Position numbers and translations under genes: made by a program
Part shown: positions 26,701-39,765 of the stretch, in pieces
Layout: every line of letters begins with the position of its first letter
How positions within the stretch are numbered: the first letter of the stretch is position 1
From: the human T2T-CHM13v2.0 reference genome, Homo sapiens
Length of the DNA: 64,000 bases
Reading direction: 5' to 3'
NCBI GenBank assembly: GCA_009914755.4
Contig: CP068257.2
Coordinates: 32,832,001-32,896,000, forward strand
The notes under the pieces: model-generated
The model's input: only the letters and a program-made list of their open reading frames with translations
What the model was told of the DNA's origin: nothing
Database searches by the model: none

Positions 26701-28400
26701 AAATAAACAAATGAATAAATAATTAATTTGTCATTAGAGAGTTCCAAGTTAAAACAATAGCAAGATGCCACTACACACCTATGAGAATGGTTAAAATCCA
26801 AAAGCCTGACAATACCAAATGATGACAGAGAGGCAGAGCAACAGGAACTCTTGCTCATCGCTGGTGGGAATGCAGAATGGTGCAGCCACTTTGAAAGACA
26901 GTTTGGCTGCCTCTTACAGAACTAAATATAGTCTTAGTACAGAATCCATCTGCTGTGCTCCTAGATACTTATCCAATTGATTTGAAAACTTATGTTCGCA
27001 TAAAAAAATCTGCATGTAAATGTTTAAAGCAGATTTATTCATAATTGCCAAAAACTGGAAGCAACTAAGATTCTGTTCAACAGCTGAATGAATAAACAAG
27101 TTGTGGTACATCTATATAGTGGAATACGGAATATAATTCTGCAATAAAAAGAAATGAGTATTGAGCTATGAAAAGATGTGGAGGAATCTTAAATGCATAC
27201 TGCTAAGTGAAAGAAGCCAGTATGTTTATAGCAGCATAATTTATATTCCTTTGGGTATATACCCAGTAAACTATGCAACCATAAAAATGATGAGTTCATG
27301 TCCTTTGTAGGGACATGGATGAAGCTGGAAACCATCATTCTCGGCAAACTATCGCAAGGACAGAAAAACAAACACTGCATGTTCTCACTCATAGGTGGGA
27401 ATTGAACAATGAGAACACTTGGACACAGGAAGGGGAACATCACACACCGGGGCCTGTTGTGGGGTGGAGGGGGGGAGGGATAGCATTAGGAGATATACCT
27501 AATGTAAATGACGAGTTAATGGGTGCAGCACACCAACATGGCACATGTATACATATGTAACAAACCTGCACGTTGTGCACATGTACTCTAGAACTTAAAG
27601 TGTAATAAAATACATATATATATATAAAGAAGCCAGTATGCAAAGGCTACATATTATATGATTCCAATTATATAATAGTCTGGAAAATGCAAAACTGTAG
27701 AGACTCGAAAGTGATCAGTGAGTTCCAGGGTTAAGGTGGAGGGTAGAGGGTGAATAGGTGAACTGCAGGTAATTTTTAGGGCAGTAAGATTATTGTAATG
27801 TAAAATTTTAGGGCAGTAGAATTATTTAAATGGTGGATATAAGATATTGCGTTGCATTGCCTATGCAACCAAAGGTGAACCTTAATGAATGCAAATTTTG
27901 AAAAATTATTTAAGAGGTTGGGGGATCCCAAGAGAGAATGCAGACCATGAGAAGAGAATCTAACTGTATTACAAATATAGGAAACACTCTCACTGAAGGG
28001 ATGGGTCGGGGAGGGAAAGAGAAGAATACTGAAGTATTTTGGAAATAAGTGAGGCTTATAAGATTAAAGGCAAAGGGAACTGCATGTGAGCACTGTACTC
28101 TAGTTGAAAAAATTGTTTCCCATAGAGGTACTGGTTAACAATTCTGTTATTGCTATGTATTTATACTGGAATGGAACAATTACATGAATGGATGGCAGAT
28201 GGTAGAAGCCAGGTTTCTCACCACTGGAGTGGCTGTTTATCAAAAAGCAGGAGGAGAAAGAATGATTCATGCAGTGATGGATTTGAGTTGGAGAGAGCAG
28301 TGTGGACTCATATTTAGCTCAATAGAGAGGCTGATGGTTATCTATAGAAGTATTTATAGATATGCATATATACATGATATAGTATAAACATGTGTGTTTC
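20750..28400 (+). mobile_element. Old L1 (L1M-type) body, ORF2 region and 3'UTR, in sense orientation. It is interrupted by an inserted repeat of unknown family (~25020-25450), a partial Alu (~26548-26700) and a young L1 3' fragment (27222-27630).
   Basis: ORF-track peptides on the + strand match L1 ORF2 segments. 23338-23607 (..EYTFFSSSYGTLTKIDHILRHK..) matches the ORF2 endonuclease region. 24339-24530 ([43 protein letters not shown]) matches the ORF2 RT motif [44 protein letters not shown]. 26276-26458 (..GTDWEKIFANHLCDTVLVSKIHKKLL..) matches the ORF2 C-terminus. Confidence 0.8.
27222..27630 (+). mobile_element. Young L1 (L1PA-like) 3' end fragment inserted into the old L1M. Its TSD is approximately AAGAAGCCAGTATG (27208-27221 and 27630-27643).
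   Basis: ...gttcatgtcctttgtagggacatggatgaagctggaaaccatcattctcggcaaactatcgcaaggacagaaaaacaaacactgcatgttctcactcataggtgggaattgaacaatgagaacacttggacacaggaaggggaacatcacacaccggggcctgttgtgggg...taacaaacctgcacgttgtgcacatgtactctagaacttaaagt. It is flanked by gaagccagtatg on both sides. Confidence 0.88.
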
Positions 28401-29409
28401 TTGCTCTGTCCCTGAAACAGCCTGAAAGAAATGACATCCCAGTAACAGCAAACGTGCACAGCACCGTATCTTGGTTTCTAATACTATTCTCCATTTAAAC
28501 GAACCAGGATTCTTTGGAGAAGTGGCTGTTTCTAAGACTGGGACAGGAAATATCCAAGATGAGCCTAGAGCATCTGGTAGTGCCAGAAAGTAAGGAGGTG
28601 CTCAAGAACAAAACAGGACCAAACAAAACATTGATCAGGGTCTGTCAAAGGAGCACAGATGCCAGCTAAAAGAGTTCCCAATGGCCAAAGCTGGAACACT
28701 TTGCGGTAATAAAGTAGTATTGGATTATAACCTACAGTATAAAGTAAATATGCATGGTATAAATACATGGTTAAATATATTAATAAATGAGGAAGCAGAG
28801 ACAAATCTCTCTTACAAAAGAATTCCATATATTTTACACAGGTACTCTGTCTTCAAGAAGAAGGAATCAAACTCCCCATTCCTTCAGTGTGAGCTGTACA
28901 TAATGACTTCCTCCCAAAGTGTACAATATAGAAAAGGGGAGAAAAAGAGTAAATTTACAGTGGAGGACCCTGACAAGCGCCACTCAGGCAGGCGACCAAG
29001 GCTACCTTCCGCACTCATAAATCATGCTGACAGTAGGTACGCTTGATATCACGGGATGAAAATAGCACTTCACCTCTGTGATTTTCTTTCCAATAACTTA
29101 CAACCCCAGTTTTCTAATGAGAAAAATATCAGGCAAATTCCAAAAGTGGGACATTCTACAAAATACCTAAGCAGTCCTCAGAACCCTCAATGCATCTAAA
29201 GAAGGAAAGTCGGAGAAACTGCCACAGACAGCAGGTGCCTAAAGAGACATGACAACTAAATCTAATGTGGGATTCTGGAACAGAAGGAAAAGACATTAAG
29301 TAAAGACTGAAAGAACAAAATTATGAACTTTTGTTAATAACAGGTCATTATTTGTTTCATTGTAACAAATGTAAGATATCGATAATAGGGGAAACTGGAT
29401 GTGAAGTAT

Positions 29410-29640
29410 ATTGAAAGAATTGAACAATGAAAACACTTGGACACAGGAAGGGGAACATCACATAACCAGGGCCTGTTGTTGGCGGGGGGGATGGGGGGAG
29501 GGATAGCATTAGGGGATACACCTAATGTAAATGAAGAGTTAATGGATGCAGCACACCAACATGGCACATGTATACATATATAACAAACCTGCACGTTGTG
29601 CACATGTACCCTAGAACTTAAAGTATAATAATAATAAAAA
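29410..29640 (+). mobile_element. Short young-L1 3' end fragment
   Basis: gaattgaacaatgaaaacacttggacacaggaaggggaacatcacataaccagggcctgttgttggcggggg...acaaacctgcacgttgtgcacatgtaccctagaacttaaagtataataataataaaaaa. Confidence 0.88.
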
Positions 29641-30162
29641 AGAAACTCTCTGTGCCATCTTCTCAACGTTTCTAAAAATCTGAAACTGCTGTAGAAAATA
29701 AAATCTATTTTAAAAAATTTAAATAAGCAAACTGCTCACTACTACACAAAAAAAGCAAAGATTAGTCTCTTGAGTATAAAATTGAGCAGAAGAAGCCAGA
29801 CACAGCCTGCAAGCTCCAACTCCATTCATAAAGAGTTTGCAAACTGGCAGCGATGGCGCGAGAGCTTAGGAAATTATTTCACTGGGGGAAGTGGAACAGA
29901 CGTTGACTGGATGATGTCACATGAGGGGCTTCTGGGGTACTATTAACATTCGATCTCAAATCCAATTGGTGGTTATATTTTTGTTTCCTTAAATTAATAA
30001 GTATTAATTTATGAAAATTAATTGAAATGACACTCATAATCTGTGCACTTTTCTGTACAATTCAATAAACTTAATGATAAAAACAAGAATGAATCAGAAC
30101 TGTGTATATCAACATGGATCAATCTAAAAAGCAATGTTGATTAAAAAAATTTAAAAATATGT

Positions 30163-30966
<804 letters not shown>

Positions 30967-31022
30967 CTATGTTCTTATTTATGGGCTTACAAAATTTAGC
31001 CTAAGTATCAAAACACACTTGA

Positions 31023-31388
<366 letters not shown>

Positions 31389-31790
31389 AACTTCTACCTA
31401 TACTGTTGCATGTATATATATTTAAAAATCCAAAAAACATATTGCAAAATGTTAAGTTGTGATACAGTTGGGTTCAGCTACAAGGGTAACCATGACATTT
31501 CTCTATAACTGCTTCTAGTTTTGAAATACATATATATGTATACACACACACGAGTGTGTGCTCTATAAGAACATGTAACTAATATTGTATAGTGCAATAA
31601 CAGCCTAGGAGAATTAACAAGCATTTTGCCATCAATACTTATCCTTTGTGTTGCTGAGGATGAATGAACCCATAGATCATTAGTCTTTGAAGCCGTTGGC
31701 TTCTTTTAAAAGTGGTTCTAACTCGAAGACTAATGACCTTTGCATTTCACCAGCCCCACCTTGTTAATCTCATATCTTTCAAGACATGTA

Positions 31791-32069
<279 letters not shown>

Positions 32070-32529
32070 GACATGTAATCCCAAAGTTTCCTTGAAGATA
32101 AATTACATTTGCTGACAGGACTCTTTAGAACCACTGAGAACAGTCAGATATTGGAGGTCAATGAGAAAACAACCCCACTGCTGATTCACTCCATAGCATG
32201 CACTGAGCACCCACATGGTCCACATGAGATGTGATGGGGCTTGAACCAGTCTGGCTGTAGAGGGGAAAGAAGGAGAGAAACAGATCTGAGAAGCATTTTG
32301 AGGCAGAGCTGTCAGAAGTCACCAAATGGCTCTGAATAACATGGCGGAGTCCAAGAGGCCAGAAGAAGAATCAAGAACAGCCAGGGCCGGTTTGAGCAGC
32401 TGTGTGAAGGCTGGCACCATTAACTAGGGTAGAAAGCATGGTGGAGAAATGGGGCTGGCTAAGCAAAGTTGCGGGTTCAATCAAGAAGTTTGCCTTTGGA
32501 ATGTGTCATGGTTGAGATGCCTTTCACAA

Positions 32530-32890
<361 letters not shown>

Positions 32891-33099
32891 TCAGACTGGA
32901 AAGATATACACTTGGATGTCACCAGCATATTGATGTTGCTTCATGCCATGGGACCCAATGGGGCCCCCCCACCCTGGAGGAGGGTAGTTAGAGAAGAGAG
33001 GTCTGAGGATCAAGTCCTGGGATGGTTAGAGTTTCATAGAGGAGCAGGAACATAAATAATAAAGGCCAACCACATAAGGAAAACAAAAGCTATATATTC

Positions 33100-34881
33100 A
33101 GGGTATACTGTAACAAGGGAGTCATCACCATCACTTACATTTTGGTAGAGACTCCAAGGCAAGAGTGGGAAAGTTTGACAGTGATGTTAACCAAAAACTG
33201 ACAGAGGCAGGTGTCTCAATTGATAGCGGTTTATTTCGCCAAGGCTGAGAATGTGCCTGGGAAAAACTCGAGTCACAGGAACATCTATGACCTGTGCTTT
33301 CCAAAGAGGGTTTTGGGAATTCAGTGTCGAAAAGGCAAAGAACAGACAGGAGGGAAAAAAGCGAGGGAGGGTGGGCAGTGAGGCAAATGGTAACATTATT
33401 GTGAGGTTCTGATTAACGCTCAGTAAATTGGCATTTTACATAAAATAAAGCAAACACGTGAAAAGAGGAAGTATGGGGAAAAGTCAATGATGCATTTATC
33501 TCAGGGTGGATGAAGGGATGATTTCTGGTCTTGTCCTTGTCCTCTTACCTGTGAAGATAAGCTTGTAATTGACATTGTTAGGGTGAGATTGAACAGAACT
33601 CAGTTTCGGGGCTAGCTTATAGGGGGGATATGTATCCTATAAGATTTAGGGCTCACACAGAATTTCCTTGTGAGCAATTTGTGAAGAAGGCCATCTGGGG
33701 AGATATGTGGCCTCCTATCTTTGTGGGAACCTGGCTTATGTATGACGTTATGACACAGGGTTTTGAAATTACAGCTATTTGAGAACAAAAGAAAGGCAGT
33801 ATTGCATGACTCAGTTCCCAAGCTTAACTTTCCCTTTGGCATAGTGAGTTTAGGGTCCTGCGATTTTGTTTTCTTTCACAGTGGAAAGGAAGGGAAGGCT
33901 GCAGGTGCGCCCTGATGGGAGTCTGTTGGCATGGCGAAGCCCTAGGTGAGCTAATTAGGGGCAGGGTGTCCCATGGAATTGGCTAGGGATGCATATTTGG
34001 TTTTCTCTGGTTGGTCCTAAAATTAAAGTGAAGACAAAAATTAGGGGAGCTGTCAGTTATTAATCAAGTCCTGGTCATTGTGGGCCAACTGTTATGGATA
34101 TTATTATTTAACTTCCTGAATTGTTACTAGAGATAGCAGTCCGGCTTTCTATGAGTCTGACTTATAGCAGGCTGGCTTCCGGTTGTTTATTGTAGATAAA
34201 GGGGTTGGGTTCCTGGCAGGTAGCTGCAAGCTGTGAGTCATAGTTCTATTTATATATCATGTGGCCATTGTCCATTTGTATATTTAGTCTCTTGGGAGAA
34301 AAAAGCCGAAAAGGAGATTGAAAGGAGCAGCTAGAGAGAGGAGGGAAACTAAGACAATATCATCATCCCAGAACTTAGGAAGATAAAGTCCCAACAAGAA
34401 AGGGGTGGTTCACTGAAGCAAATGCTGCTAAAATGTCTGATAAGATGAGGATGTCAAAGTAGGTGAAGCTTTTCCAGGTGAAAAAGAGACGTAGCCATCA
34501 TTGTTGCTGAATTCTCAGACACAGGAAACATTTTCCTGTGGCTTCAGGCAATGGTGAAATAGGAACTAACAGGGTCAGTTAGGAAGAGAAACTTTTAATG
34601 CCTCTAGGGGGCACAGCATATCATACCTAACAACTGAGCAGCAAATACCGTCCCCTACTCTCCAGACGCATTTTCCAGCCCAACATGGGATTCTTAGATT
34701 GGTTAGATGGCAGCATCTGAGACCACAATTAACCTGAAATCCAAGCTCAGGCACTTGCAGCTCCAAAGCTTCACACTCGATGCTCCGAGTTTAGGGACTT
34801 CTATCAAGTAAATTGGGAAATGGGTCGTTCTCCTTTGAAGACTGTTAGGAAAGAGGGACAAAAACGGAAAAAAAAAAAAAA
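33100..34881 (+). other. ~1.7-kb segment of unidentified family ending in a 14-nt poly-A tract (34868-34881). It may be a retroposed sequence (old non-LTR element, SVA-like or processed non-coding pseudogene). The 5' boundary is not determined.
   Basis: A homopolymer a(14) abruptly ends a complex, non-repetitive-looking block immediately before an L1MA 3' fragment. It has no long ORF, and I could not locate a TSD by eye. Confidence 0.3.
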
Positions 34882-35004
34882 TCAATCCCTGAGTTTAATC
34901 TCCAGTATTCCTTCCCAGAAACTTTAAGTTAGCTACAAGAATGTTAATCATGAGCAGAAATTGTTTAATAATCAAATTATCATAAATTTGCTTTTCTTTT
35001 ACCT

Positions 35005-35760
35005 TAGTAAGGTAACTATGTGACAAACATTTGTGAAGTTGAGAATAGATAAAAGTACCCATCATATGATCTAGCCATCCCACTGTTGGACATATACCCA
35101 AAAGAAAGGAAATCAATATCTTGAGGAGATATCTGCACTTCCATGTTTTTTGCAGCAGTGTTTACGATAGTTAAGATTTGGAAGCAACCTAAGTGTCCAT
35201 CAACAGATGAATGGATAAAGAAAATGTGATACATCCACACAATGCAGTACTATTCACCCCTTAAAAAGACTGAGATCCTGTCATTTACAACAACATGGAT
35301 GGACATGGAAGACATCATGTTAAGTGAAATAAGCCAGGCACAGAAAGACAAACATTGCATGTTCTCACTTATTTGTGAGATCTAAAAATCAAAATAATTG
35401 AACACATGGATATAGAGAGTAGAAGGATAGTTATCAGAGGCTGGGAAAGCTATTCGGGGGCTGGTGGGTGGGTGGGGAGAGATGGGGATGGTTAATGCAT
35501 GCAAAAAATAACTAGAAAGAATGAAGAAGACCTACTGTTTGAGAACACAACAGGGTGCCTATAGTCAATAATAAGTTAATTGTACACTTAAAATAACTAA
35601 AAGAGTATACTTGGATTGTTTGCGACACAAAGGATAAATGCTTGAGGGGGTGAATACCCCTTTCTTATGATGTGCTTATTTCACATTGCATGCTTGCATC
35701 AAAACATCTCAGGTTCTCCATAAATATATACACCTATTATGTACAAAAATTAAAATTATT
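35005..35760 (+). mobile_element. L1 (L1MA/L1PB-type) 3' end (ORF2 C-terminus + 3'UTR)
   Basis: ...ccatcccactgttggacatatacccaaaagaaaggaaatcaatatcttgaggagatatctgcacttccatgttttttgcagcagtgtttacgatagttaagatttggaagcaacctaagtgtccatcaacagatgaatggataaagaaaatgtgatacatccacacaatgcagtactattcac... matches L1 ORF2 ...PLLGIYPKE.KS...[42 protein letters not shown]. Confidence 0.85.
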
Positions 35761-35974
35761 TTTAAAAAGTGCCAAGAAACTCTGTACCCTAACATAGCCC
35801 TGTTAGAATTACTTAGCACTAATAGTTGCCTTTGCTGAGTGATGCAAGCAGATGTCTCTGGCCCTCAAAGATGAGGAGACACTGCTGCTCTGCTTGGTGT
35901 GAACATAAACTCCAGTTCTTCTGGGAACTGCCTTAAAGACAGCAGAAACTGGAGAGCAGAGAAAAGCGGAAAGT

Positions 35975-36267
35975 GGCCAGGCACGGTGGCTCACACCTGT
36001 AATCCCAGTACTTTGGGAGGCCGAGGCAGGCAGATCATGAGGTCAGGAGTTCGAGACCAGCCTGACCAACATGGTGAAACCCCGTCTCTACTAAAAATAC
36101 AAACATTAGCCAGATGTGGTGGTAGGTGCCTCTAATCCCAGCTACTTGAGAGGCTGAGGCAGGAGAATTGCTTGAACCTGGAAGGCTGAGGTCAGTGAGC
36201 CGAGATCTTGCCACTGCACTCCAGCTTGGGCAACAAGAGCAAAACTCCTTTTCAAAAAAAAAAAAAA
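35975..36267 (+). mobile_element. Alu SINE (sense). Its TSD is approximately AAAG(C/T)GGAAAG.
   Basis: ggccaggcacggtggctcacacctgtaatcccagtactttgggaggccgaggcaggcagatcatgaggtcaggagttcgagaccagcctgaccaacatggtgaaaccccgtctctactaaaaatacaaa...gcactccagcttgggcaacaagagcaaaactccttttcaaaaaaaaaaaaaa. Confidence 0.9.
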
Positions 36268-37600
36268 GTGGAAAGCATAACCTTGCTTGATGGTGAGGTT
36301 GAATCCCCACCTTCGCCTTTCTCAGATTTATTCCCATCTTCCTACTCCTCCAACCCCTATGTTAGCTCAAGCCCAGATGGCTCTCACCTGCATTAACCTA
36401 ACCATCTCGTAACCCATCTCCTCTCTTTGTTCCTTTCCTATGCACCCTCCACATGGCCAGCTGCCAGAGGATCTTTCAAAATGACTAATCTTACTATTCT
36501 TCTCCTCTACAAAGCTTCAGAGGCTTCCAGTCTGGACTCCTTAACAACACATAAAAAATTCCTCTTCTGTTCTTCCTCTGGCTGGTGGCTCTCAACCTTG
36601 GCTGCACTTGAGGATCCTGGGGAGCTTTAAAAACTGCCCTGCTCTGGTTTAGTCAGTCTGGGCTGGGTCCCAGGTGTCTAGAGTTTTAGTTTTGTTTCCC
36701 AGGACCTGGTGACTCCTTGAACTATTTGCAGATTCCTGAACCCCTGTCGGAGAGTAAGCTGTGTTCTAATCTCATCAGATCTAAGGAGAGATGTAGGAAC
36801 TTGCCTTGAGGCTTGAATTCTTTCTCCTACTCTCCACTTGTGGTAGTCAGTCTTTTGCATTTAAGGGTCAAAAATAAGAAGGCCTATTGTGTTTCCAAGG
36901 CTGGGGTCCATAGTGCATACGATAGGTTTCAGAGGGAGAGATGGCAGTGGAGATGGGGAAAGAAAATGTGGAAACCTGAGTCTAGGATGTTGCTTGCTAA
37001 GTGTACTAGAATATGCCACCCCAAATATGCCTCTTTGGCATATAATTATTTTGAGCTGAAGGCTATTGAGAACCAGCAGATGCACGAAAGGTCTAAAAAC
37101 AGAGTCTAAGTTTTCCTTTTGTAAAGGATTGTAGAGGTGTCTCCTTCTCCCAGGAAGAAGACTCTTAACTACTCATCAGAGGAGAAAGGGCAGACTTAAT
37201 TCTGCACAACAAATCTTACTAAACACCTCTTGTTTACCATCCTTTTCCTGGTTAACTTCTCATAAGTTGCCTCCCCTACACAGAAGCCCCAACCCCTTCT
37301 TTTTTGTTTTAGCCTAAGATGGTATTTAACCCCCAGTCTAACCACCCCTTTGGGTTACTCACCTCTTAGTGTTCCTGTGTGTACACAGACAACGAACTTG
37401 TAAGTAGACTTGTTTTTCTCTTGTTAATCAGTCTTTGGCCAGTCTAACTTATAAGGTTTCAGTTGGAAAACCTAAGATGGGTAGAGGAAAAGATTCCCCT
37501 GCAACACACTTATATTATGAAACCAAACTGGATACCAAGCAAGGAGGATCGGGCATCTAACACTTAACTCCTGACCTCCACAATAGCTTGCAGGTAAGGG

Positions 37601-38046
37601 TTTTTTTTTTTTTTAATATATATATGTATTTTTATTTAAGTTCTAGGGTACATGTGCACAATGGGCAGGTTTGTTACATATGTATACATGTGCCATGTTG
37701 GTGTGCTGCACCCATTAACTCGTCATTTTTTTTGTTTTGCTTTTTGTTTTGTTCTGTTTTTTTTGAGACGGAGTCTCGCTCTGTCGCCAAGGCTGGAGGG
37801 CAGTGGCACAATCTTGGCTCACTTTAAGCTCCACCTCCTGGGTTCAAGTGATTCTTCTGCCTCAGCCTCCTGAATAGCTGGGACTTCAGGTGCCTGCCAC
37901 CACACCCGGCTAATTTTTGTATTTTTAGTAGAGACGGGGTTTAACCATGTTGGCCAGGATGGTCTCAAACTCCTGACCTCAGGCAATCCACCCGCCTCGG
38001 CCTCCCAAAGTGCTGTGATTATAGGCATAAGCCACTGTGCCCGGCC
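37601..38046 (-). mobile_element. Composite insertion on the minus strand, read 5' to 3'. It is a full-length Alu (38046-37745), then an interrupted A-rich tract (37744-37728), then the last ~125 nt of an L1 3'UTR (37727-37615), then a poly-A (37614-37601). The whole is flanked by one 14-bp TSD, CAGGTAAGGGTTTT (37591-37604 and 38048-38061).
   Basis: Plus strand: caggtaaggg + t(14) + aatatatatatgtatttttatttaagttctagggtacatgtgcacaatgggcaggtttgttacatatgtatacatgtgccatgttggtgtgctgcacccattaactcgtcatt (reverse complement of the L1 3' terminus) + ttttttttgttttgctttttgttttgttctgtttttttt + the Alu reverse complement ending ...ccactgtgcccggcc + acaggtaagggtttt. Confidence 0.85.
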
Positions 38047-39438
38047 ACAGGTAAGGGTTTTAAAGGCAGGAGGCAGAGGTTACAGGCAAAATAAGAAATC
38101 ATGGAGGTTATACATTGGTTTAACCTAGAAAGGTGGAACATCTTGAAGTGGGCCCACAGGTCATAGGTGAGGCAAAGCTTTGTCTAAAACTGTGGGATCA
38201 GTAGAAAAGAATGTCAGCTCTGGCTCATGGGTGTGACTTCCTCCAGGCTCCCCAGGGAGAAATTTAGAACAAAGAATGGCAGTCAGAATTCAGTCCTCAA
38301 TTCCTCTTTATCTGAAGTCTATGTGTCAGTGGATCCATTTGGTGGATCCATTGGTGGGGGTCCAGGTTTCTGAAACAACTCTGGGACATATGTTAATGGC
38401 ACAGGACTTTTTTGGGGTGCCACTTCACCAGCCAGAGACCTCTGCAGCTGGCTGTACCCCTGCCTGGGCCTCACTCAGCTCTGAGCTGGCCTCTGGCCTT
38501 GCTCCATCCAGTTGGCCCAGCAGGCTGCACCCAGCTCACCCTACCAGCCACCACAGGTGAGCCAGGTGTGGAGTGGCAAGTTTGCAGGGTCCAGTTACTG
38601 TGCACAGTCAGGTGCATCAGCTGCTGCAATGGAATGAGCAGCTCCAGGTGCTGGCATCCAGACTAGGGGAACACAGTGGCACCCAAAAACTTGGAGATGC
38701 CAGCACCTGTGAAGCCCCAAAGGGGGTGTTACATCATGTCACAGCACTGGCTCCAGAAGCTCTGAGGTCTAGATGTCCAGAAGGGTCGCAGCTCTTTTCT
38801 CCTTCCCGCCACTCACAGTGCAGAAAATGGGGGTATGTTAACAGCTCATTCAGTCCTGCTGCCCTGCTCTAGCTTGTGGCTCCTGGGAAGGCCCGGCCCT
38901 GCTGCCATTTCCCATCACGCGGGACGGATGCCCAGCACTGGCGGAGGGTGGGAGGGCTACAGTGTTACAGCAGCTACTTTTGCACCCACTGTTTGGTGGG
39001 TCCTGGGTTCTTGTCCCATGTCCATGAAGAATGAGATTATGCTGACAACTGGAGAGTGAGCAAGGCAGAGAAGAGCTTTATTGAGCAACAAAACAGCTCT
39101 CAGCAGAGAGGGGAGCTGAAGGTAGGTAGTCTCAATGTGTGGCTGAGTCTCTCCAGTTTTTATGGGCTCAGAATGTGGGAGGTGTCAGCTATCCATAGCC
39201 TTGGAAAAGGCTACACTTGATTGGTTAAAAAGCATTATTCAGAAAGAACCAATTGGGAAAGAGCAGGCAAATGAAAATAGAAGTTCTCATTCTGGTCATG
39301 GACTCCATCCAGAACTGACAGCCTGGTTTTCAGGCTTCAGGCTGTCTTTGGCTTGGAGGTTGGGTTTCATGGGGGACCCACCCCAATCTGCCTGGGAGTT
39401 TGTCTGTCTCCTGCTGCTATCTTTAAGATGCTATCTTT

Positions 39439-39765
39439 GGCTGGGCATGGTGGCTTACGACTGTAATCTCAATACTTTGGGAGACTGTGGTAGGCAGATT
39501 GCTCGAGCTTAGTAGTTTGACCAGTGTGGGCAACATGACGAAACCCTGCCTCTACAAAAAAAAAAAAAAATACAAAAATTAACAAGTTGTGGTGGCATGT
39601 GCCTGTGGTCCCAGCTACTGACAGAGCTGAGATGGGAGGATTGCTTGAGCCCTCAGATCAAGGATGCAGTGAGTCATGATTGCACCACTGCACTCCAGCC
39701 TGGGCAACAGAGTGAGACCCTGTCTCAAAACAAAACAAAATCAAACAAACAAAAAAAGATGTTAT
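39439..39765 (+). mobile_element. Alu SINE (older, AluJ-like) with TSD AAGATG(C/T)TATCTTT
   Basis: ggctgggcatggtggcttacgactgtaatctcaatactttgggagactgtggtaggcagattgctcgagcttag...gcactccagcctgggcaacagagtgagaccctgtctcaaaacaaaacaaaatcaaacaaacaaaaaaa. It is flanked by aagatgctatcttt / aagatgttatcttt. Confidence 0.9.
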
